NCBI GenBank assembly: GCA_963793425.1
Contig: CAWCAG010000009.1
Coordinates: 960,001 to 1,024,000 of the forward strand
DNA: 64,000 nt
Origin: an uncultured cyanobacterium
GTDB lineage: Bacteria; Cyanobacteriota; Cyanobacteriia; Cyanobacteriales; CAWCAG01
Direction of reading: 5' to 3'
Within the stretch, counting starts at the first letter, position 1; every line of letters starts with the position of its first letter. The notes beneath the pieces were generated by a model that was not told where the DNA came from, searched no databases, and saw nothing but the letters and a program-made list of their open reading frames with translations. This document shows positions 1 to 7,859 of the stretch, piece after piece. The translations under genes were made by a program, and so were the position numbers.

Positions 1-2
1 CT

Positions 3-593
3 GCTTCTGATCGCATTTTCGCTGAAGCTAATACCATCACTGGTTCAATCGGCGTATTTGGTTTGTTGCCAAATGTCCAAGAGTTGGCTGCGGATAACGG
101 ACTAAATTGGGATGTGGTTAAAACCGGAAACTTCGCCGATACAGAAGGAGTTAATCGCCCAAAAACTCCCCAAGAGTTAGCTATTTATCAAAAATACGTT
201 GACGACATTTATAATAAGTTTCTTGATAAGGTAGCCAAATCCCGCAACTTACCTAAAGAAAAGGTAGCAGAAATTGCTCAAGGTAGAGTCTGGTCGGGGA
301 AAGATGCCAAGGAAATTGGTTTGGTTGATCAAATTGGTGGAGTTGATGCCGCGATCGCCTATGCCGCCCAGAAAGCTGAATTAGAAGATGATTGGGAATT
401 AAGAGAGTATCCTGAACAGCGTACCTTAGAAGAGGAACTGTTAGAGAATTTACTCGGCGAATCAGAAACTAAGCAGCTTGATCCTTTAACAGCAGAATTT
501 CTCCGGTTGAAGAAAGATTTAGATGTTCTCCGCAGCTTAAATGATCCCAAAAATTCCTACACCCGTTTACCCTTCGATTTTCGCATTGATTGA
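3..593 (+). CDS. sppA: Signal peptide peptidase SppA (S49), 5'-truncated by the window edge
   Basis: Frame is open from nt 3. It contains TITGSIGVFG, IAQGRVWSG and GLVDQIGG motifs. Confidence 0.9.
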   Translation, partial: ASDRIFAEANTITGSIGVFGLLPNVQELAADNGLNWDVVKTGNFADTEGVNRPKTPQELAIYQKYVDDIYNKFLDKVAKSRNLPKEKVAEIAQGRVWSGKDAKEIGLVDQIGGVDAAIAYAAQKAELEDDWELREYPEQRTLEEELLENLLGESETKQLDPLTAEFLRLKKDLDVLRSLNDPKNSYTRLPFDFRID

Positions 594-600
594 TATCTTT

Positions 601-628
601 GCTAGTGGCTAGTTGCTAGTTGCTAGTT
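601..628. repeat. STRR heptamer tandem repeat (GCTAGTT)n
   Basis: Four tandem units. The same family occurs near 43548-43583 and 44297-44326. Confidence 0.8.
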
Positions 629-721
629 GAGATTATGTACTGCCCGAACTTGAAATTAAACTTCAAAAGACGTATGCTAACTCTCTAGCAGGTGACAAGC
701 AAAGATTGTAATAGTATGTTG

Positions 722-762
722 TTACCTATTACTTATTACTTATTACTTATTACTTATTACTT
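722..762. repeat. STRR heptamer tandem repeat (TTACTTA)n directly abutting a start codon
   Basis: About 6 units ending at the ATG at 763. Similar runs occur near 5520-5537, 43490-43514 and 52552-52584. Confidence 0.85.
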
Positions 763-1743
763 ATGACTAACCCTCAACCTCCCTCTCCGAAAAGAAGACT
801 TAGTTTAGATGAATTAATTGCTATTATTGTTGCATTTTTAACTGTTGGTGCTTTGCTTTTTTGGGGCTTAACTAAAAGAGATGGTAGGTTTGCCTTTCTC
901 AATAAATTTGTTAATAATGATACTCCGATAATGGCAATTAAACCAGAACTAGAAGAAGTTCCAGAGGTGATTGCTGAAGCAGAAAAAGAAGAAAGGGTAG
1001 TTCCTAAAGTTAAGGTTGAGGAAGAAGAAGCAGAAGTAGAAGTAGAAACCATACCGGAAAGTTTATCTCTTGTTCCTCCTTTGGTTGCTGAAGAAGAAGC
1101 AACAGTTAAACCAGTTACCCCAAAAGATACTGAAACAGAATTGAGATTTCCTGACGTTCCTTTAGACTATTGGGCTTATCCTTTTATTGAGAAAGTTGCG
1201 GAAGAAGATATTATTAAAGGAGCCGAAGACGGTAATTTTTATCCTGATAAACCTGTGACAAGGGAAGAGTTTGCTATCCAATTATCTAGGGCATTTGGTG
1301 ATGATGCTGAAGCAATTGCTGAAGTTCAGTTTAAAGACGTGACCACCCAAAATGACTCTTTTACTCAAATAGCTAAATCAGTAAAAACAGGCTTTTTGAA
1401 AGGTTATCCTCAAGATACTTTTCGCCCGAAACAAGAAATACCACGCTACCAAGTTCTTGTGGCTTTGGCTTCTGGTTTTGCTTTACAACCTCCCTCAGCG
1501 CCAGCACAAACTTTAGACATTTTCCAAGACAAAAATCAACTCCCACAATGGGCAACAAATCAAGTTGCGGCTGCCACAGAAAATGGTTTAGTTGTTAATC
1601 ATCCCGAACCCAATTTATTGAAGCCAGAACAAGTAGCAACTCGCGCCGAAGTAGCGGCGATGATTTATCAAGCCTTGGTAGAAGCTGGTAAGGCAGAGGC
1701 AATTGCTTCTCCTTATGTGATTTCTCCCCAGGAAGCTAATTAA
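763..1743 (+). CDS. Membrane-anchored S-layer homology (SLH) domain protein
   Basis: N-terminal TM helix, an acidic linker, then three SLH repeats (FPDV..YWA, F.PDKPVTREE, ATRAEVAAMIYQAL). Confidence 0.85.
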   Translation: MTNPQPPSPKRRLSLDELIAIIVAFLTVGALLFWGLTKRDGRFAFLNKFVNNDTPIMAIKPELEEVPEVIAEAEKEERVVPKVKVEEEEAEVEVETIPESLSLVPPLVAEEEATVKPVTPKDTETELRFPDVPLDYWAYPFIEKVAEEDIIKGAEDGNFYPDKPVTREEFAIQLSRAFGDDAEAIAEVQFKDVTTQNDSFTQIAKSVKTGFLKGYPQDTFRPKQEIPRYQVLVALASGFALQPPSAPAQTLDIFQDKNQLPQWATNQVAAATENGLVVNHPEPNLLKPEQVATRAEVAAMIYQALVEAGKAEAIASPYVISPQEAN

Positions 1744-1783
1744 TCAATTACCAAAAATAATCCCTACAGCACAAGTTTTATCT

Positions 1784-1797
1784 GTACGCTTATGTAC
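1784..1797. promoter_or_regulatory. Crp-family-type palindromic box GTACG-CTTA-TGTAC (also fits NtcA GTA-N8-TAC)
   Basis: Lies upstream of the first Crp/Fnr gene. The same motif occurs at 2774 and 3744. Confidence 0.5.
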
Positions 1798-2030
1798 TTA
1801 GTTACAAAAGTACAAACTATCCAAAGATAGGCAAATTCAGTAGATTTGTTGTAGTTTACTCAAATAGCTTTAAGATGACTTAATGGCAAAACTAACTATC
1901 TTGGCAATAGTGTTTTTTTATGATTTATAAAACAAACTTTGTCTGACATTGGGTTATTGTTGTCGATATTTTTCCTAATGCTTAGCTTTTTTTGGCTAAT
2001 AACAAATAGCATTAGGAGACGAACAAATTC

Positions 2031-2747
2031 ATGTTTAATGGGGCTTTTGCTCTGAATAATCAACTACTAGCCAGTTTATTTGCTTCTACTTACCAGCATA
2101 TATTACCCGACTTAGAAAATATTTCCCTGAGTCGGGGGCAAGTTGTACACGAATCTGGCGAAACGATTACAGAGGTTTACTTTCCCCAAGATGCCATATT
2201 TTCTCTGGTTTTAGTGCTATCTAATCAATCTACTACCGAAATTGCTTCGGTGGGCAATGAAGGCATGGTCGGATTAACTGCTATTTGGGGCGGAAATTCA
2301 ACTACAACTCGCACAATTGTGCAAATTCCTGGTACTGCTTGGAAACTTCCTGCGGAGGTAATTAAAGTGGAGTTTCAAAGAGGGAAAGAACTACAAAAGT
2401 TGTTGCTACTTTATACCCAAGCACAATTTAGTCAAGTTTCCCAGATTGCTGCTTGTCGATCTCATCATGGCATTGAACAAAGATTAGCCCGATGGTTATT
2501 ATTAGTTCATGACTCCCTGCAAAAAGATACTTTGCCTTTAACACAAAAATTTATTGCTCTGATGTTAGGAGTACGCCGTGCTAGCGTTACTGAAATAGCT
2601 ATCTCTTTCCAGAAGCAAGGAATGATCCGATACAGTCGCGGTAACATTATTATCATCAATCGCCTTAACTTGGAAGACATGGTCTGCGAATGTTACGGTA
2701 CAATTAAATCTGAGTATAAGCGTTTGCTGAAGACAAAACCGCTTTAA
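2031..2747 (+). CDS. Crp/Fnr family transcriptional regulator
   Basis: cNMP-binding-like domain (VYFP, GNEGMVG) plus C-terminal wHTH (RLARWLL..LTQKFIALMLGVRRASVT..CECY). Confidence 0.92.
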   Translation: MFNGAFALNNQLLASLFASTYQHILPDLENISLSRGQVVHESGETITEVYFPQDAIFSLVLVLSNQSTTEIASVGNEGMVGLTAIWGGNSTTTRTIVQIPGTAWKLPAEVIKVEFQRGKELQKLLLLYTQAQFSQVSQIAACRSHHGIEQRLARWLLLVHDSLQKDTLPLTQKFIALMLGVRRASVTEIAISFQKQGMIRYSRGNIIIINRLNLEDMVCECYGTIKSEYKRLLKTKPL

Positions 2748-2773
2748 AAGAATTAGACTAAATTAGACCCTAT

Positions 2774-2815
2774 GTACGATAACGTACTGAACTTTTGATT
2801 TCAGTTCGCTATTCT
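2774..2815 (+). promoter_or_regulatory. Class II activated promoter: perfect GTACG-N4-CGTAC box, 22-nt spacer, TATTCT -10 element
   Basis: Box at 2774-2787 and TAN3T at 2810-2815. The spacing equals the canonical GTA-N8-TAC-N22-TAN3T architecture. Confidence 0.6.
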
Positions 2816-2976
2816 TATAAGTAGCGATATCTAGCTAGCTCTATGCAAACGCTCTGTTGTTTGGTTGCAGCAAGTAAGCAACATCTAAAGTACTAACGGA
2901 CAATCTTGTTCTGTTTGCATTGTAGATTGTTTTTCTGGCTCCAACCGAATTAACACAGAAGCGTCACTCATAAATA

Positions 2977-3693
2977 ATGTCCGAAAAATTTGAAAAACCA
3001 ATTAACCAAATTCTGGCAGCTTTACCAGAGGTTGAATATCAGCGTCTGGTTCCCCATTTAGAGTTTGTTTTACTTCCTCTCGGTAAAGTTATCCTGGAAC
3101 CCAATGAACCAGTCAAAGAAGTCTATTTTCCTCAACGAGCCATGATTTCTTTGGTTTCGATTATGATGGATGGCTCAACTACAGAGATTGGTTTGATTGG
3201 CAACGAAGGTATGATTGGGCTTTCTGCTATTTTAGGAGGTACTGGCACTACTAGTCGTTCCATTGTACAAATTGCTGGTACAGCAATGAAACTACCCGCC
3301 CACATTGTTCAGCAAGAATTTAGTCGGGGTGAAAAGCTACAAAAGCTACTGTTACTTTATACCCAAGCTTTATTAACTCAAGTTTCTCAAAGTGCTGCTT
3401 GCAATCGCCAGCATACCATTGAAGAAAGATTAGCTCGTTGGTTGCTCTCTGTTTACGACTGCGTACTCCAAGATGAGTTGCCCCTCACTCAAGAATTTAT
3501 TGCTAATATGCTAGGTATACGTCGTTCTGGTGTGACGGTGGCAGCAGGAACTCTTCAACAAGCAGGAATGATCTCCTATCGTCGCGGCAAGATTAAAATT
3601 ATTAATCACGAAGATTTAGAAGCCACTGCCTGCGAATGTTATCGCTTAGTGCAAAGCGAGTTTATTCGCTTATTAGGTTCAAGGCGAGGTTGA
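2977..3693 (+). CDS. Crp/Fnr family transcriptional regulator (tandem paralogue)
   Basis: Same 238-aa length and motifs as the preceding gene (HTIEERLARWLL, LTQEFIANMLGIRRSGVT, CECY). Confidence 0.92.
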   Translation: MSEKFEKPINQILAALPEVEYQRLVPHLEFVLLPLGKVILEPNEPVKEVYFPQRAMISLVSIMMDGSTTEIGLIGNEGMIGLSAILGGTGTTSRSIVQIAGTAMKLPAHIVQQEFSRGEKLQKLLLLYTQALLTQVSQSAACNRQHTIEERLARWLLSVYDCVLQDELPLTQEFIANMLGIRRSGVTVAAGTLQQAGMISYRRGKIKIINHEDLEATACECYRLVQSEFIRLLGSRRG

Positions 3694-3696
3694 AAT

Positions 3697-3734
3697 CAAT
3701 GATGCCTAACGGCAACGGCAAGCCGAACAATGAT
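3697..3734. repeat. 24-bp short dispersed repeat-like insert flanked by a 7-bp direct repeat
   Basis: CAATGAT-[GCCTAACGGCAACGGCAAGCCGAA]-CAATGAT. Confidence 0.55.
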
Positions 3735-3778
3735 CATTGAAGAGTGCATGATCGTACAGACAAAGAACGAATTATTGT

Positions 3779-4066
3779 GTGATTATTACCTGTAGGCCGA
3801 GTAGTGTCAGAATAAAAGCCATCAAAAAAAAACACCAGGAAGAATTACAAAATTTTGTATTAGGAGGCTGCTGCCCTCACTGTTCTTCTAACCAAATTAA
3901 ATACCGCGAATTGGCAGTAAACGTACAATTTGCGTTTGATTGTCTTGCCTGTGGTTGGAGAAATCAATATTCGTTTAAGGAATTTAAGGAATTTTCTAGT
4001 TATTGTACCCAAAAGCTGAAAAGTGAATGGGAAACCAGAAAAGCGAAGGAAAAGCAAATTCCCTAA
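3779..4066 (+). CDS. Small Zn-ribbon-like hypothetical protein (start uncertain)
   Basis: CPHC...CLAC pair with a GTG start. A box-like GTGCA-N4-CGTAC lies at 3744-3757. Confidence 0.55.
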   Translation: MIITCRPSSVRIKAIKKKHQEELQNFVLGGCCPHCSSNQIKYRELAVNVQFAFDCLACGWRNQYSFKEFKEFSSYCTQKLKSEWETRKAKEKQIP

Positions 4067-4170
4067 AAGGTTATATACCAATTGCTCAAGAATAATTCTC
4101 AACTTGGTGAATTGTTTTTTAAATCAAATTTAACTACTTTTTTTCCAAACTTCATTTAGGGTCAAAAATC

Positions 4171-4347
4171 ATGAACAACTGTCCTTGTTGCTCTCGCTCA
4201 ATGTTACTTCATATCAGTCAAAGCAATTTTTATTGGTTTTGTTCTCACTGCCGTGAAAAAATGCCCGACTTGTCAGCAGTAGCACTTGAGAACAGAAGTA
4301 CAATAATTCCCTATAGATTGGCTCGAATAAAAACCTCAGTCTGTTAA
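4171..4347 (+). CDS. 58-aa cyanobacterial CPCC..WFC.HC Zn-ribbon small protein (not in the ORF track)
   Basis: Manual translation gives MNNCPCCSRSMLLHISQSNFYWFCSHCREKMPDLSAVALENRSTIIPYRLARIKTSVC*. Confidence 0.75.
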   Translation: MNNCPCCSRSMLLHISQSNFYWFCSHCREKMPDLSAVALENRSTIIPYRLARIKTSVC

Positions 4348-4351
4348 GCAT

Positions 4352-4417
4352 TGATACCAAATCGGTGTTGAGGTGGTATGACTTATCTGTTAGGGTAGGG
4401 AGCAAGATTTTGTATCA
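4352..4417. mobile_element. Miniature inverted-repeat element (66 bp)
   Basis: Terminal inverted repeats TGATACCAAATC / GATTTTGTATCA (11/12). The interior resembles 49218-49255 (minus strand) and 19101-19160. Confidence 0.6.
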
Positions 4418-4426
4418 CCTAATTTT

Positions 4427-5500
4427 TTACTCTACGTCCTGCAAAGCCTCTTCCGGTAAAGCGTAGGAACGAGCAAGACGTTCTTCATCTCCTTCAAGAA
4501 TTTCTGGAAAGCGAATGTTCGGCATCACCCCCACCGCGAATATTTCCTGTACTGCCCCTTCAAAACGCAAGAAGGCGACGGTTTCCCCTGTTTGGATGTT
4601 GACAACCCAAATGCCACAATTGCGCTCTATTGTCTTTTCTGTGAGGGGAATACCACTAAATACGGCAGTTTCCCTGACTTGAGACAAACCGATGAAGGCT
4701 AAGGGGCCATAAAAGGCTAAACCGCGCGTGAAACCAGGTAAGATTGCCACAGTTGACCATTTGCCTGTTTGCAAGTCTACTGTAGCTAGAGTACCGTTGC
4801 CTGATTCTAAAACCCACAGTTTGTTATCGTACCACCGGGGAGAATGGGGCATAGAAAGACCTTGACAAATAATTTCCTTACTCTCAACATCCATTAAGAT
4901 GCCGCCATTAGCTTTATTTTCTCGCCAACCTTGGGGTGCATTGGTTTGTCCTAAAGCAGTGACATATTTAGGGCGTTCATTCACCAAGCCTAAACCATTG
5001 AGGTGACAGCGATCTTCCATACCCAAACCAGTAATAAAAGGAGGTCGCCAACGGGGGACAAAGCTATAATCTGTGTTAATGGTGCAAAGGCAGGAAAAGC
5101 GGGTGTTTACGACCCAAAGTTCCTCTTTACTCCAGGCCATTTCATGGATGTCAATGTCTCCGGTGATATGGACATTGCGAGGGATATAACAAGCATCATG
5201 TTTACCCACAGGTTCTAGTTTTTGGGCAACAGCAGGCATATTATAAAGTTCCACAACTTGGTAAGCTGTACCAATGGCTAAACGGGTATTATTAACCGCC
5301 ATACCCATAGGTTTGCGAAAGAGGCGAAAGTGAGTGTTGAGTTTTCCCTCATCTTCCCGCAACAGAATGACTTTGCCTGCTTGGTAAGTGGAGACAATTA
5401 AGGAGATGTTTAATTCTTTGAGGATATTGCTGAAGTTTTTGGTATGGACACTGCGGAAAGATTCTTCAGATTGCTGAGAACTTTGGTTATTATCATTCAT
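4427..5500 (-). CDS. TIGR03032 / DUF4915 family beta-propeller-like protein
   Basis: STYQAGK, TGDIDIHEM, VNTRFSCLC, DRCHLNGL, GLSMPHSPRW and LPGFTRGL motifs. Confidence 0.85.
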   Translation of the reverse strand: MNDNNQSSQQSEESFRSVHTKNFSNILKELNISLIVSTYQAGKVILLREDEGKLNTHFRLFRKPMGMAVNNTRLAIGTAYQVVELYNMPAVAQKLEPVGKHDACYIPRNVHITGDIDIHEMAWSKEELWVVNTRFSCLCTINTDYSFVPRWRPPFITGLGMEDRCHLNGLGLVNERPKYVTALGQTNAPQGWRENKANGGILMDVESKEIICQGLSMPHSPRWYDNKLWVLESGNGTLATVDLQTGKWSTVAILPGFTRGLAFYGPLAFIGLSQVRETAVFSGIPLTEKTIERNCGIWVVNIQTGETVAFLRFEGAVQEIFAVGVMPNIRFPEILEGDEERLARSYALPEEALQDVE

Positions 5501-5554
5501 AATATAGCAATTCTCTTTGACTTATTACTTATTACTTTTGCTGTTCCCTATTTC

Positions 5555-6670
5555 CTAAACATAACTAACCTCATTCATCAACCCAGCCATCAAATTAATT
5601 TCTGTATGAACGCTAGCAAACTTATCTGCTAGTTCCTCAAAAGTAATTTCTTCCTTTCCTTGGCAACCTACCAAAACTACCTCATCTCCCCATTGCACCT
5701 CTTCGGGAACATCTGTAATATCCACCGTGGTAATGTTCAAAGAAACCCTACCTACCACGGGGCAACGATAGCCTTTAATTAAGACAATGCCTTTATTGAA
5801 CAGCGATCGCGGATAACCTTCACCAAAACCGACGGGTAAAGAAGCAATCAAACTCTCCCTTTGGGTTGTAAACAAGCTGCCATAACCAATAGTTTTTCCT
5901 GACGGCACTTTCCTGACTTGGGCTACCTTAGTTTTAACCGACATGACTGGTTTTAGTTCCGGGGGATTAAGAAAATCCTGGGAAGTTCGTACCCCATAAC
6001 AAGCAGCCCCAATCCTCACCAAGCTATTACATTTCGGGGTTAAGCGTACCATTGCAGCACTGTTGTGGGTGTGGGTTAAAACATCATCGGGTAAACAACC
6101 ATCCAAAGCTGATCGCAAGCTATAAAAATCTTCCATTTGCTGGGTAGTAAAATCAAGATTCTCACCATCAGCAGTGGCGAAGTGAGTCATAATTCCCACC
6201 ACTTTTATACCGGGTAAGGAACAGATTCTTTTGATGGTTTCCACCTCCGTAGAGAAAAAACCACTGCGCCCCATGCCTGTATCTATGTTTAAATGAATAG
6301 GAACCTTTTTGCCCCGTTTAACCCCTGCATCTGAAAGATAAGTTGCTGCTTGCCAAGAACCTACTTGTTCTTCTATATTTAAGCTAGAGAGGGATTCTGC
6401 ATATTCTTGGGGAAAACCCATACGCAGGCGCATAATTTTTACATCTAAGCTCAAATCTCGAATGATAGCGGCTTCAGGATTTGTACAAATCCCAAGATAG
6501 TCAGCCCCGGCTGCCACTGCTGTAGGGGCCAATGCCTGCAAACCATGGCCATAGGCATTAGCCTTCATAACCACGCAAACCTTTGCAGGAGAAACTTTTT
6601 GCTGCAAATTACGAATATTATTCGCAAAAGTGGATGCAGAAACTTTGACTTCTATATGATGTTGATTCAT
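5555..6670 (-). CDS. alr: Alanine racemase-family PLP racemase
   Basis: VMKANAYGHG (PLP lysine), HLNIDTGMGRSG, THFATAD, catalytic Tyr in TIGYG, and GRVSLN. Confidence 0.88.
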   Translation of the reverse strand: MNQHHIEVKVSASTFANNIRNLQQKVSPAKVCVVMKANAYGHGLQALAPTAVAAGADYLGICTNPEAAIIRDLSLDVKIMRLRMGFPQEYAESLSSLNIEEQVGSWQAATYLSDAGVKRGKKVPIHLNIDTGMGRSGFFSTEVETIKRICSLPGIKVVGIMTHFATADGENLDFTTQQMEDFYSLRSALDGCLPDDVLTHTHNSAAMVRLTPKCNSLVRIGAACYGVRTSQDFLNPPELKPVMSVKTKVAQVRKVPSGKTIGYGSLFTTQRESLIASLPVGFGEGYPRSLFNKGIVLIKGYRCPVVGRVSLNITTVDITDVPEEVQWGDEVVLVGCQGKEEITFEELADKFASVHTEINLMAGLMNEVSYV

Positions 6671-6772
6671 TGAACGTTTGGGAGCAATCTAATACTTTTA
6701 CAGACTGACAAGAGAGGCGATCGCAAACTGAAGCTAAATTTATAACCAGGTTAATTATATAATCAGTTTTTG

Positions 6773-6839
6773 GTAGGGTGGGCAAATAATAGGGAGATTT
6801 TTTTTAAGTTAATCTGGGATCGCATTTTGCCCACCCTAC
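6773..6839. repeat. GTAG-type REP-like palindrome
   Basis: Perfect 14-bp arms GTAGGGTGGGCAAA / TTTGCCCACCCTAC. A related degenerate copy is at 12190-12224. Confidence 0.75.
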
Positions 6840-6970
6840 TACTTCCTTTAAGATACAAGGAAACGGAGTTCGCGCAAGCAATTGCCGTTAAGCCACAGGG
6901 GGAAGGATTGATGATTTAGGTATAAGAATCAATTCTATTTTTAATTTTAGGAAGGGAATTAAGAGTTGTT

Positions 6971-7765
6971 TTATTCTCTTGCTGGCAGCGAAACCAACAA
7001 CATTTCATTACCTCCCTGTTGAAATTCGTAAGCAACTTTTTCAATTCTAGCTTCGTATCCTTTCTCTCTTAATTGTTCAATAACTGGTTGAATATAAGGA
7101 GAAGCTTCACCAGTAAAATTTTCTAAAAGGGGAAAAATTCGTACTTCTTTAGCTACTCTACATAACTCTAAAATAGCAGTTAGATGAAAATCCCCAGAAA
7201 GTTGTTCTGAATAAGTAAAAAGAAAGTGACTACATAAAGCTAAGTCAAAACTATTATCTGGAAAAGGAAGGAATTGGCACAGAAATAAAACACCTGCCAT
7301 AACATCAAATTCTCGCAGGAGTAGCCAAATAATTGGTAGTTTATTAAAGTTAAATTCTAAGTCTTTAAGTTCAGGAAGTTGTCGGCTAAGATAGCGCCCC
7401 TCCACCTTACCTTGAGAAAAATCTGTTAAAAACTTATCCATCGCTTCCATTCTTAACTTAGATAATTCCAAGGGAGATTCTATTTCTTGCCAAACAAATC
7501 TATCTAAGCTAGCTTGTAACCCAGCAACAATGAGTGCAGTAGTTTCTTGAATACGGCTTCTTATTTCTGCTTCTGTAAACTGGTAAATAGGATCACAGGA
7601 AATAACTTTATTACCCCTATAGTTCATTTCTGCATTAAAACTAGCAGGGCCACCTGCACAATCAAGAATTTTCTTGTCTAAATCAGCTTTTGTTAAACTA
7701 AACATTTTAGTATATTCAACAAAAGAACGTCCCCAAGGCACAACGTTGTTTAATTTGAAACTCAC
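6971..7765 (-). CDS. Class I SAM-dependent methyltransferase carrying a 33-codon in-frame insertion
   Basis: VPWGRS, ILDCAGGPASFNAE, FDLALCSHFLF and ELCRVAKEVRIFPL motifs. Confidence 0.85.
   Translation of the reverse strand: MSFKLNNVVPWGRSFVEYTKMFSLTKADLDKKILDCAGGPASFNAEMNYRGNKVISCDPIYQFTEAEIRSRIQETTALIVAGLQASLDRFVWQEIESPLELSKLRMEAMDKFLTDFSQGKVEGRYLSRQLPELKDLEFNFNKLPIIWLLLREFDVMAGVLFLCQFLPFPDNSFDLALCSHFLFTYSEQLSGDFHLTAILELCRVAKEVRIFPLLENFTGEASPYIQPVIEQLREKGYEARIEKVAYEFQQGGNEMLLVSLPARE
7268..7369. mobile_element. 96-bp MITE-like insert flanked by AAG direct repeats
   Basis: AAG at 7268-7270 and 7367-7369. Removing 99 bp restores QLPELPFPDNSFDL. Confidence 0.6.
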
Positions 7766-7859
7766 AATTGATTTTTTTCCTCACATCATCAGTATAAAAT
7801 AGTAACACTTATTAGCTATTTCCCATTAGCCAATTCCTCTCAACTTATTACCTAGAAAA

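Noticed and set aside
637..649. GTAC..CGAAC, and GTAC..CGGAC at 2890, as extra Crp-type boxes
   Set aside because: The half-site spacing is shorter than in the three aligned boxes.
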